In this document: in pieces, positions 13,086 through 24,957 of the stretch
How the letters are laid out: every line of letters begins with the position of its first letter
Position numbering within the stretch: position 1 is the stretch's first letter
From: Octopus sinensis
Taxonomy: Eukaryota
Length of the DNA: 64,000 nt
Assembly (NCBI RefSeq): GCF_006345805.1
Contig: NC_043014.1
Coordinates: 41,292,001 to 41,356,000 of the forward strand
Reading direction: 5' to 3'
Made by a program: the position numbers and the translations under genes
The notes under the pieces: model-generated
What the model was told of the DNA's origin: nothing
The model's input: the letters and a program-made list of their open reading frames with translations, nothing else
Database searches by the model: none

Positions 13086-13106
<21 letters not shown>
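12553..13106 (+). repeat. Tandem duplication of about 200 bp; first copy carries a SINE B insertion
   Basis: CAACTTCAAAGTGTCACCACGGCACAAGGC starts at both 12553 and 12911. Confidence 0.9.
12626..12778 (+). mobile_element. 5'-truncated SINE B with fold-back 5' end and 15-18 bp TSD
   Basis: TAGATAAAT(C/A)GTATTGTC at 12608-12625 and 12776-12793. Body CGGGGTCGATAAATTAAGTACCAGTTACGCA..GTAAAGAAATAG. Confidence 0.85.
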
Positions 13107-13127
<21 letters not shown>

Positions 13128-14109
13128 TCCTAGCCGCAGCCGCCGGTGAACAGGGTCGGATTATGAAGTCAATAATGTTTTAGCTAATAGCAATCCAAGT
13201 ACGACTGACTAGTATTACCCTCATACTATATGTTAACCAGTTATACCCATTAATAATTGGCCTATCAAAACTAGTTAATGGAATTCACTGACCAGATATA
13301 TGCATAAAAATTGGTTGATTAGTTCGACGCAAATAAAGTTGGCAGTTCTACACGACCGAATAAGAAATGGCTGACAAGTGAAACTGTATAAGAACTAGTT
13401 GACCAGAGCCTGTGAATGTATAATTAGCTTGTTCTACAAACAATAAGAATGAGACCTCTTGTACATTTGAATAAGTTATGAATCTTAAGAAAAACATTTT
13501 CCCAATGAATTATCGAAAACTTAGCAAAAATAGAAGATGAATAATTCAAATATGCCAAATTTTATATATATATATTTTAACTTATATTTTATTTTAGCTA
13601 TTTTTTGAAAATTTAAAATTAATTCATGAAATATTTTTGAACATTTAAATATTAAGCTCGCACTAAATCAGAGAAATTTTTTTTCGATATTTCTCGAGTT
13701 TACAATTTGTTTGCATTTGAACATTAATGAGGAGAGTGGTGGCGATTTTATAAATATTGTATTGGTGGGGGTGGTGGTAGATGGTAGTGTTGATGATGAA
13801 TTTGGAACATAACATAAAAGCTTTTACAGCTGCAAGAAACAATAAATATATTCAACAGAGTATACAAGAACTAGAAAATGGCGCGTATTTAAAGGAAATA
13901 AATCAGTGGAAACGAATCACGTGGGCAAGTGAAATTATTGTGTACAGAGAATTCAAAAGCTTGTTGTCAAATGTGGGTGAACGTTGCTAACAACAAAATA
14001 GCATATACTGTATATAGATGTTATGGCGGATTAATTTACGGTTTATAATATACGGGAACAAAATTATTTTGCCAAACATTTGCATGAAAGAGAATTCTTT
14101 ATATGAATT

Positions 14110-14523
14110 ATACTCTTTACTTGTTTCAGTCATTTGACTGTGGCCATGCTGGAGCACCGCCTTTAGTCGAACAAGTCGACCCCAGGACATATTCTTTGTA
14201 AGCGAAGCCTAGTACTTATTCTATCGGTCTCTTTTTGCCGAACCGCAAAGTTACGGGGACGTAAACACACCAGCATCGGTTTCGATTCCCAGACTGGGCG
14301 TTGTGTGTTTATTGAGCGAAAACACCTAAAGCTCCACGAGGCTCCGGTATGGGGTTATGGCGACCCCTGTTGTACTCTTTCGCCCCAACTTTCTCTCACT
14401 CTTTCTTCCTGTTTCTTGAGTAACGCTGCGATGACCTGGCGTGTCGTCCAGCTAGGGGGAACACATACGTCATAGAAACCAGGAAATCGGGCCCATAAGC
14501 CTGGCTAGGCTTGAAAAGGGCGA
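14110..14523. mobile_element. Fused SINE A tail (-, 14110-14281) and headless SINE C (+, 14277-14523, tail type 3)
   Basis: Junction CAGCATCGGTT|TCGATTCCCAGAC, where CGGTT is shared by both families. Confidence 0.8.
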
Positions 14524-14574
14524 AAATATGTATAAACATTTACTTACATATGTACACTTATACACATAAATAAT

Positions 14575-14785
14575 CTTTTCTACTAAAAGCACAAGGTCTG
14601 AAATTTGGGGGGAGGGGACTGGTCTATTATATCGACCACAGTGTTTCACTGGTACTTAATTTATCAACCCCGAAAGGATAAAAACACAGAGTCGATCTCG
14701 GTGAAATTTGAACTCAGATCGTAGCGACGGGTGAAATGCCGCTAGGTATTTCGTCGAGCGTGGTAACGATTCTGCCATGTCGGTT
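14575..14785 (-). mobile_element. SINE B (diverged)
   Basis: CTGGTACTTAATTTATCAACCCCGAAAGGAT..ATTTGAACTCAGA. Confidence 0.8.
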
Positions 14786-15473
14786 TATTTTATATTGTTA
14801 GTTACATCCTTTCGTGATAAAACAGAAACAGAAAACTAAGATATTTATTAAACGGTGTCTTCTCTTCTATAATTTTTCATGTACTATCGTCATTTGCTTG
14901 GATACAATTTAGTACTACAAGAAAGACGTGACTGTAAATATCGGATAATTTATATATATATATCTGTACCTAAAGATAACAATTCTGCGTTTACACATCC
15001 AACGAGTGCGTTTTTCTTCGTTTCACTAAGAAACTTAAAAACCATGTCTGATAATGTTTCATCATATGATTTTTATCACGTTGGTTCGAGCGGATACTTT
15101 TATCAAACTACAACCGACAAGAGAGGTTGAAAGAAATAACAAAAAAAAACAAACAAACAAAAAACAAAAAAACTAGGTTTCAGATAAATATCATATATAT
15201 TTCTAGAACATTCCAGTTATAATAGCTAACAACAGATTGATACTTATATGGCAACGTCAGTTGTCAGTTCATCATATACTCTGTGTCACTTAGAATATTA
15301 TTTCAGACAAATTTCAGTCAGCAATTTACTTCTTTTCCCTTTTTATATTCTAACTCAGTCAAACTTACTTCAGTAAATCTTTCACGATATAAATTTTGTT
15401 TTCATTACACAAGTATTCAAATCTTACTCGTACCTTCGGATATATTTTGAATTTAATTCTCCTTACCTTCTGT

Positions 15474-15915
15474 GAAGGTACATGGCTCAGTGGTAAAAGC
15501 ATCGGGCTCACAATCAGAAGGTAATGAGTTCGGTTTCTGGCCCGTCCTGTATGTTGTGTTCTTGAGCAATACAATTTTATTTTACGTCACCCAGCTGTAG
15601 AAATAAGTTGCGACGTCACTGGTGTAAAGTTGTGTCGGCCTTTGCGTTCTCCTGGGATAACATCAGCGGCGTGGAGGGCGACTATTGGTCTTCCATGAAC
15701 AACCTTTATATATATATACGTATGTGTTTCTGTGTCCTTCTTTTTGTATCTATCCTTGCCTTTACAGCTGTTGACAGTCGTGTTGGTTTATTTATAACTC
15801 AGTAACTTAGTGGCTCAGAAAAATGGAAAATAAATTTTGGAGAGGATCTATTCAATGAAACATTTCAGAGTGGTATCCCAGTATGGCCGTAGTTGACTAA
15901 CTGAAACCACCAAAA
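15474..15915 (+). mobile_element. Old tRNA-SINE family D head followed by a degenerate SINE A tail
   Basis: TGGCTCAGTGGTAA (A box), GAGTTCGGTTTC (B-box-like), TGTGTTCTTGAGCAA (CORE-like). A related relic lies at about 46490-46690. Confidence 0.55.
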
Positions 15916-16225
15916 GTTGAAAGCTTGTTTCCCAAAAACCAACGAATGAACACTTAGGAAGTCGAATAACCAAATAAAGATAAAAAGTCATTTCTATCCA
16001 AAGCGTTTTAAGAAAAAGAATAAAAAGTGGAATATCGGTACGGAAAAATCTTTAGAAGAAAAAAACCTGTCGAACAAGTATTTCGGTCCACTCGTTCCCC
16101 ACTCTAATAGAACCATACCCACCTAGGTAGTAACTCATAGGCGTCCGCCTGCTATTATTTTAATGTCACTTTTAGTTGGGGGATTGAACTCTGTGCCTTT
16201 CAATGAGCTTATTGCACGAGTGTAT

Positions 16226-16635
16226 AGGCGCAGGAGTGGCTGTGTGGTAAGTAGCTTGTTTACCAACCACATGGTTCCGGGTTCAATCTCACTGCGTGGC
16301 ATCTTGGGCAAGTGTCTTCTGCTATAGCCCCGGGCCGACCAATGCCTTGTGAGTGGATTTGGTAGACGGAAACTGAAAGAAGCCTGTCGTATATATGTAT
16401 ATATATATGTATGCGTGTGTTTGTGTGTCTGTGTTTGTCCCCCCTAGCATTGCTTGACAACCGATGCTGGTGTGTTTACGTCCCCGTCACTTAGCGGTTC
16501 GGCAAAAGAGACCGATAGAATAAGTACTGGGCTTACAAAGAATAAGTCCCGGGGTCGATTTGCTCGACTAAAGGCGGTGCACCAGCATGGCCGCAATCAA
16601 ATGACTGAAACAAGTAAAAGAGAGAAAGAGAGAGA
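16226..16635 (+). mobile_element. SINE A (full length)
   Basis: Family A consensus match. Confidence 0.9.
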
Positions 16636-17696
16636 GATCACAAAGACCATCACACGTACTTACACTATCTCAAAGAAGGTTCCCTTCCTTCTATGTTTAG
16701 TGTTTTGCTGTATTTCTTTTCAGTGTCATCTATTATTCCTTTTCGCTCGTAACAACATTGAGCCCTTCTCACCTGTTTCTGACAAGCGTTTCATCATAAC
16801 TATTCGTTTGCGACTCGTAATTCCGAGCCGACCTTGTAATTAGAACACGCACCAATTTCCATTACATTTACTATGCAACGGTGACCCCCCTTGCTAGTCG
16901 TTACGTGTTGAATTAAGATCGCTTGTCTGAAAATAAAACGAGATGGTGATAGAATTCTTGACGTTAGTACTGTTTGACATGGTTCACCTGGGATTAGAGT
17001 AGGACGCATCTATATTTCGTAAAGATTATAATTCCATTTGGTGCAAATCGCTACATCTTTCCTAATCTTCAGTACATTATATTACTTTACAATGCACCAG
17101 CGCCCTCTTTAAGGATATCCAAATTATATAAAATCTATATAATTTATAGTTAATATCAGATAATTATACTTTTAGCATATATAATCATATCGAAAAAAAA
17201 TTATAAGTTTCTGTTTTATAAACAATTTCTGTAAGACGAAAGTTGTAGTTTGATAGAAAATAATGCTGGAGATTACTATAGCGTGATAGCATGTAATTTT
17301 GGGGATATAATTTTGATATAAAGTGCACAAGTGAAGAACGTGTTTCTTGCTGCAAAAAGAGAAACGAACAAATGTCAATACCTCGCTAGCAAAACTAATT
17401 GACTTTAGTTGGCTTTGCTTCAGCAGTCAACATATTTGAGGCGAATAGAAATATTCATAATACTACGTCTGCTTTTCAGCTGTGTATGTATATGTGCTCG
17501 CACGCACATACACATACACACATGCTCTTACGCATATATACACACACACAGACACATACACACACATACGTACCCAAACTCACACGCATATATATGCACA
17601 CTGAGTAAGCATGTGATGAGTTACACATAGCACGAATTTATAAAATGTAGATGCGTATGCATATGTGTGTGTGTATAAATATATATATAAACATAT

Positions 17697-18146
17697 AGGC
17701 GTAAGAGTGGTTGTGGTAAGTAGCTTGCTTACGAACCACATGTTTCCGGGTTCAGATCCACTGCGTGGCACCTTCGGCATATGTCTCCTACTATAGCCTC
17801 GGGCCGACCAAAGCCTTCTGAGTGGATTTGGTAGACGGAAATTGAAAGAAGCCTGTCGTATGTATGTATGTATGTATGTATGTATGTATGTATGTATGTA
17901 TGTATGTATGTATGTATGTATGTATATATTTGTGTGTATGTTTGTGTGTCTGTGTTTATCCCCCCAACATCGCTTGACAACCGATGCTAGTATGTTTACG
18001 TCCCTGTAACTTACCGTTTCGGCAAAAGAGACCGATAGAACAAGAACTAGGCTTACAAAGAATAAGTCCTGGGGTCGATTTGCTCGACTAAAGGTGGTAC
18101 TCCAGTATGGCCACAGTCAAATGACTGAAACAAGTAAAGAGTAAAT
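17697..18146 (+). mobile_element. SINE A (full length, internal (TATG)n) followed by (CTAT)n
   Basis: Family A consensus match. Confidence 0.9.
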
Positions 18147-18155
18147 AGTATACAT

Positions 18156-18227
<72 letters not shown>

Positions 18228-18591
18228 CTATCTATCTATATCCACACGCAGAATTTATCACATATAGTTCTCTACGAGTGATTGATGATATATAACCTAT
18301 TTTATCTCCAATAAGATTCTTCTCCCTGATCCCTGTTAGGAAATATTTAACCATATAAATAGAAAACAAATAATTTGAAGGCTGTGCTCCAGCATGGACT
18401 TCATTCTTATGGCTAATAGACACTAAAGGACGATTGATTTTCACATTGTACTGCCCAGCCATTTTTCATAATTACTTCAGGTAAAACTAAAATTGATTTC
18501 AAATTCAGCTGGTTCTTATGTTATCGACCCTGAAAGGTAAAGTCGACCTCAGAAGAATTTGAACTCAGAACATAAGACGGACGGAATGACG

Positions 18592-19157
18592 CTGGAAATG
18601 TAAATTTTAATTAAATGTTTTTAATTTTAATTAAATTCCAGTTCCCTTTGATATGATTAAATACTATAAGTTTTGGATAATTTTCGGTTAAAAGTTGGAG
18701 GTTTTTTATTGTAGCCAGTGAAGGACTGCGTCTGCGCAGTAGAATTTGAAAAGTTAGTTTGTATAAATACGAGACAAGTAGCCTTGTTTGTCTCGTGTGG
18801 ATATGTTTAACGCTAGGTTGGACCTGCTGAAGAAAATCAGACCTTGTGAGTTCTCCTTGACTCGCTAAAAGAAGATTAGAAACCAATTGGTCTAGGAAAC
18901 TAGATGGTAAATGTTTTCATTTCCAAATTTATTCCTGTCGAATTTTATCCCCAATGTTTGTGGTTATAGAACCTAGCTGTACTTTCTAGCATGTAGAATC
19001 CCTATAAGTGGATTCCTTATATGTTTAAATATACACTATATCGTATGACTAATATATAGTCTTTTTGACTAATTTTTATTACACGTTAGACCACTGGAAA
19101 TGTAAATTGTAATTAAATGTTTTTAATTTTAATTAAATCCCATTTCCCTTTGATGTG
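18592..19157 (+). repeat. Segment of about 500 bp bounded by 64-bp direct repeats
   Basis: CTGGAAATGTAAATT(T/G)TAATTAAATGTTTTTAATTTTAATTAAAT..TTCCCTTTGAT at 18592-18655 and 19094-19157. Confidence 0.8.
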
Positions 19158-19348
19158 TACCGTTGGCGATTTTTTTCCCTCTGTCTTCCCTTCTCTGGAT
19201 CTTTCCTTCTCCTATGTTTCCGACGAAGAGCTCCGCTCGAAACGTTAAACCCTCCTTCTTTCCTTCTTTCCTGAGCGTCCAATAATACTATATTTGTTCC
19301 ACGTTCTCGCGTTGTTGTGTTTTTTTGTGCTTTCTTGTTTGGATTAAC

Positions 19349-19350
<2 letters not shown>
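19158..19350 (+). mobile_element. Penelope-like terminal repeat fragment ending in (TA)n
   Basis: Contains a hammerhead motif. Its 3' part recurs at about 29040-29104 (TTGTTCCACGT(T/C)CTCGCGTTG..GATTAACT). Confidence 0.6.
19216..19250 (+). ncRNA. Minimal type I hammerhead ribozyme motif
   Basis: GTTT-CCGACGA-A-GAGC(TCC)GCTC-GAAA-CG-TT-AAAC: stem I GTTT/AAAC, stem II GAGC/GCTC, palindromic ACGT in place of stem III. U4C variant core. Confidence 0.6.
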
Positions 19351-19384
<34 letters not shown>

Positions 19385-19388
19385 GTGT

Positions 19389-19421
<33 letters not shown>

Positions 19422-19428
19422 ATGGATG

Positions 19429-19502
<74 letters not shown>

Positions 19503-19789
19503 CCAAGAGACAGATGGGCAAATATCGAAATCTACCGCAGCAATGAACTGATCTTCGAAACCTGTGGCTTCGTCTCTTGTCTCTCGCTGCTAATTTATTT
19601 ATTTCCCATTCGAGAACCTGACATGTCCATTTGTTCTCATTCTTACATGGACAGGTTTACTAAATGGTAACCAATTTCTATTTAGTGTTTAGTTTCATGA
19701 CTGACAAACATTTAATGTTCCTGTCTTCCCAAATAGCAGCCATCTTACCGTATCGCTGTCTACACGACTCTCGTTGTCACTTGACTCAT

Positions 19790-19990
19790 TAACACCGCCG
19801 CCGCCACCACCAAGACCACCCCCACCACCACCACCACAGTTGTCGTCGTCATCATCATCATCATCATCATTAGCAGCAGCAGCAAGAACATACCTGCTTT
19901 CGTTTCTACTAATACTCCTACTCACGCCACTATCTTCTATATTGCCGTAGTACTGCAATTAAACTAATCTCATCACATCCACTACTACTA

Positions 19991-20030
<40 letters not shown>

Positions 20031-20116
20031 CGCTGTTACTACTACTACTACTACTACTACTATTGCTACTACTACTACTACTACTACTACTACTATTACT
20101 ACTACTACTACTACTT

Positions 20117-20149
<33 letters not shown>

Positions 20150-20152
20150 TCA
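19790..20152. repeat. Mixed trinucleotide repeats (CCA, CAT, CTA, CTG)
   Basis: Direct observation. Confidence 0.9.
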
Positions 20153-20669
20153 CTTAGAACCACTCGCAATTTTCCTTACGGCATCCCGCTGTCAACGCAA
20201 CCATGACAACTCAACACTTACGTACAAACCTCACTATAATCACACTCATTACTCCAGCACCATCTTTTTCTACGATTCCAGCTCATCTCTTTGCATAGAG
20301 TATCACGTGACTATACCTCTCCAATATTCAGCATCACGCATTTGAGCTCAGAAACCATTAGGTAATAAGTCCGGCAATTTTAACTGCTAACCTATTTTGA
20401 CTTCACACGCACACAAACAGTCACATCGCTCACTAACGTCTACATATACAAACAATTTAAACCTATTTATCTCAGAGAAGAGTTTTAAATTGCGGTCGAC
20501 GTCTCTTTGTAATTTTTATCAATATATGATTAATCCAGCTTTGTTGAAGAGAGAGATTCGAAGTTGCGTGCTGGCGTTTAGGATTCGTGTTTTTTTTTTT
20601 TTCTATTTCTAGAAGACACCACTTTGAAACGAAGTGAAATTGTAACCGCATGTGTGAAACATTATACGT

Positions 20670-21006
20670 ACTCTTTTACTCTTTTACTTGTTTCAGCCAT
20701 GTGACTGAGGCCATGCTGGAGCACCGCCTTTAGTCGAGCAAATCGACCCCAGGACTTGTTCTTTGTAAGCCTAGTACTTATTCTATCGGTCTCTTTTGCC
20801 GAACCGCTAAGTTATGGGGACGTAAACACACCGGCATCGGTTGTCAAGCGATATTGGGGGCGGACAAACAGACACACAAACATATACACACACATACACA
20901 CACACACACACACACATATATATACATATATACGACAGGCTTCTTTCAGTTTCCGTTTACCAAATCCACTCACAAGCTACTTACTACACAGCCAATCCTG
21001 CGCCTA
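20670..21006 (-). mobile_element. SINE A with an internal deletion at CAAG microhomology
   Basis: CACTCACAAG|CTACTTACTACACAGCC skips about 90 bp of the consensus. Confidence 0.85.
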
Positions 21007-21541
21007 TACATGGACAAATATATAAGTATGTACTTCTGTAATCGTGTGTGATCTAAAGTGAGTGTTGTTGAATAGTGGGAATTTGTGATTGTGTGACGTT
21101 CGAATCTTTAGAGTTCCGGAAACTGAGGAGTTGATCGAAGTTTTGTATCTTTATCAAGACAATTCACGACAATCCAGATCACACATACACACCCAAAATA
21201 GCGTTAAGAATGAGAGGTGTTTTGGACCTCCAGTGATGAGTTTGGGTAGTGTTAGAAAGTCCTAACAAACCCATATATTAAAATTGTTAACGGCAAACGT
21301 CCCCCAAAATGAATGGCTTGCTCTTCTTGTAACTAATGTGTTCAAAGTATTACCCTTAAAGCGTCTAAATTGTATTGAAAGGTAAAGGGTTCTGAATAGT
21401 CCAGCTGCCCCGCACATTCTATTTTATATATTGGAATAGTGAGAGAATTGCTTGGTTATGATTCCATGAACATCATATGCATGGGGTCGCACTATAACAG
21501 TCTTATGTTTTGACAATAAAAAAAATTAATGTCGCTAATAT

Positions 21542-21953
21542 AGGCGCAGGAGTGGCTGTGTGGTAAGTAGCTTGCTTACGAACTACATGGTTCCGGCTTC
21601 AGTTCCATTGCGTGGCACCTTGCGCAAGTGTCTTCTACTATAGCCTCGGGCCGACCAAAGCCTTCTGAGTGGATTTGGTAGACGGAAACTGAAAGAAGCC
21701 TGTCGTATATATGTATATATTTATATATGTTTGTGTGTGTGTGTTTATGTGTTTGTGTTTGTCCCCCAACATCGTTTGACAACCGATGCTGGTGTGTTTA
21801 CGTCCCCGTAACTTAGCAGTTCGGCAAAAGAGACGGTAGAATAGGTACTAGGCTTACAAAGAATAAGTCCTGGGGTTGATTTGCTCGACTAAGGGCGGTG
21901 CTCCAGCATGGCCACAGTCGAATGACCGAAACAAGTAAAAGGGTGAAAGAGTA
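21542..21953 (+). mobile_element. SINE A (full length)
   Basis: Family A consensus match. Confidence 0.9.
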
Positions 21954-21974
21954 ATAGATAGTAACATTATTTGA

Positions 21975-22329
21975 TAGGGTACGTAGCTCGGAGATCATGG
22001 AGTTTGTCTAGATCACGTAGTTACTTCACAACATTGAGAAGTCACGACTTCGGTACCATGGACATGTGCCTCGAATGCTTCAGGAATGTGTCACAGGACA
22101 GATTCTTCAAGGCGAGTCAACCAACTGGAGATCTTGGATATAAACTAACATTGAGATGATTGGTTAATTTGATGTTCTCAGCTGGTCCCGCTTGGGAATC
22201 CAGCAGGAAATTTAATGATAGTTGCTCCTGGTAAAACTCTGTGTAGAAGGGGTTTGGGAATTCTGCCCCCAGAGATCTCTCAGGAATAGTGGGCGGCTAA
22301 AACTGATGGATGGATGGATGGATGGATGA
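21975..22329 (+). mobile_element. Decayed RTE-like LINE 3' end with (GATG)n tail
   Basis: One frame reads RYHGHVPRMLQECVTGQILQ, resembling the RTE 'RW.GHV.RM' motif. Ends in GATG repeats. Confidence 0.5.
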
Positions 22330-22472
22330 AATAACTCATGTCGCGGAAATACCAAAGAAAATTTATTTCCGAAACGTCAGCATTCACATTCCTCACACCT
22401 ACGCACACCATTAATATATTCCTATTATTATTTTTTCTGTCTTTTTTTCTAATATCTCGCTGGTATATTGCA

Positions 22473-23280
22473 GTGAGCTGGCATAATCGTTAGCACGACA
22501 CGCAAAATACATAGCGGCATTTCGCCCGTATTTACGTTCTGAGTTCAAACGCCACCGAAGTCGACTTTGCCTTTCAACATTTCGGGATCGATAAAATAAG
22601 TACTAGTTGAATACTGGGTTCGATGTAAGCGACTATCTCCTTCCCCCAAATTGCTGGCCTTGTACTTATAGTGGAAAGGATTATTTTTTCTTTGTGTTAT
22701 TTTAATATTTCGCCAGTATATTGCGGCGAGCTGGCAGAAATGTTAGCACGCCGGGCGAAATGCATAGCGGTATTTCGTCTGCCGTTACGTTCCGAGTTCA
22801 AATTCTGCCGAGGTCAACTTTGCCTTTCATCCTTTCGGAGTCGATTAAATAAGTACCAGTTACGCACTGGGGTCGATATAATCGACTTAATCCGCTTGTC
22901 TGCCCTTGTTTGTCCTCTCTGTGTGTAGCCCCTTGTGGGTAGTAAAGAAATAGATATTTCGTCTGCCGCTACGTTCTGAGTTCAAATTCCGTCAAGGTCG
23001 ACTTTGCCTTTCACCCTTTCGGGGTCGATTAAATAAGTACCAGTTACGCACTGGGGTCGACATAATCGACTTAATCCGCTTGTCTGTCCTTGTTTGTTCT
23101 CTCTGTGTGTAGCCCCTTGTGGGTAGTAAAAAAATAGGTATTCGTCTGTATTTTCGTTCTGAGTTCAAACGCCGCCTTTCAACCTTCCTGGGTCGTTAAC
23201 ATAAGTACCAATTGAGCACCAAGGTCGACTTACCCGCTCCTCGAAATTTCTGGCCTTGTGCCAAAATTTGAAACTAATAT
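22473..23280 (+). mobile_element. Cluster and head-to-tail multimer of SINE B
   Basis: Head GGCGAGCTGGCAGAAATGTTAGCACG, B box GAGTTCAAATTC, core GCCTTTCATCCTTTCGG(A/G)GTCGAT..AAGTACCAG repeated four times. Confidence 0.9.
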
Positions 23281-24544
23281 TTAGCCAGTATTGCAGATCC
23301 ATGCATAGTTCAAAATAATTATAAATGCCTCTTGTAAAATATTAAGTGGCTTTAACAACGATGACTATGTTGATATGTGGTACATCGAAGGAAAAACCTG
23401 ATTCGCTTTACGTATTCCTATTTCTTCTATATATTCATTTAAGGATTAAACTCAGGCGTTTCAACAATAACTGATGGGAAATGGCTAAACTAGAAATTGA
23501 ATCTATATTTCAAACTCGCCTTCCCACCTCTTTACGGAGATTGCACATTTATAGTACACTGTCTATCAAGCTCCGGTTGTAGTGCAACTTCAAAAACTTA
23601 GTAATTCGTGGCGCTGATACATTATATCACCTACTACCATGAACTTGTAGACTCTACTCAATGAAGCATTCTACTAATTTATACTTCATACCAAATCAAT
23701 AACTTAGGCGAAAAGTCGCTGCATTAATATTTCCTTGTCAAAATATTAATATATTTAACGATTGAATTTCATTGAAATATACAAATCCGTACGGGTTAAA
23801 GGTCAAATACATAAATATTTACTACACGTATAACAAATATACGCATATCTCTGGCTACTTAAACATATCAAAAGGATAAACATTTGATATACATTATACA
23901 GGATATCAGTAATAAAAGTAGATTAGCTTAGAACTTTCTGGGGAATAGGAAAAATTCGATAGATATTGCAACATATACGATATCTATCATTAAAAACAAG
24001 ATAGATATTGCAGCTACACAACTTCCATCTTGAAAAAAAAAAAAAGACACAAAACTTTCCTGGTTCTTTGCTCCTAGAATATTCTGCCAGGAACCAAAGT
24101 TGCAGTGTTTTTTTTTTGCTTTTAGATGCATATACATAGAGCTGAGATATATTTTCTCCGGTGTTAAGTAGAAGTGAGGCATATCTTTCCCTAGAGAGGA
24201 TACTGTATTATCACAAGCAACGATATCTGACGTTCTGGTGGCTATTTACGACGTAAACTGACAACGTGAGCTAACCAAGATACTTAAAACCAATTATTGG
24301 AAACATGGAGTTTCGGACTGTGAAACTGACAAGGGAGTTTATCTAGCTCTGGGTGAAACAAACATCGCATAGTAATTTGTTAGAAAAGCATCACGTTTCT
24401 GGCTTGGCTTTCTCCTTTCAGTGTGTAAGAAGACCACTTGGTGGTTTTCCTCTTAGAGTGTATTTTATACAAACACACACACACACACACACCACACTAC
24501 CCACACCACACACACACACACACCCACACCCACACATATATTAT

Positions 24545-24659
24545 ATATATATATATATATAAATATCTTATGATCTACTCATGCTGTCCTCTGGTATAAA
24601 ATATTTTGATATTTTTTACCCTTTATATATACAATACATATATATATACATACATGTAT

Positions 24660-24704
<45 letters not shown>

Positions 24705-24790
24705 TCTTATGATCTACTATGCTGTCTCTTGGTATAAATAATTTTTGATAATTTTAATCTTCCATTTATTTTTATATATACCCATTTATA
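24545..24790 (+). repeat. Imperfect tandem duplication of about 140 bp in a TA field
   Basis: AAATATCTTATGATCTACT(C)ATGCTGTC at about 24561 and 24701. Confidence 0.8.
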
Positions 24791-24914
24791 CATATATTAC
24801 TATATATATATACATACATGTATACACAACACACACACATATACATATTACATATACATATACATAATATTATATATATATATATATGTATATACATACA
24901 CCCCACGCACGCAT

Positions 24915-24954
<40 letters not shown>

Positions 24955-24957
24955 GTA

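Noticed and set aside
17098-17114. CTCF-like motif (AGAGGGCGCTG on the minus strand)
   Set aside because: Only half the consensus matches, so it is not supportable from sequence alone.
24545-24790. Biologically meaningful duplication
   Set aside because: Differences are largely small indels within a TA field, so it may be an assembly artefact.
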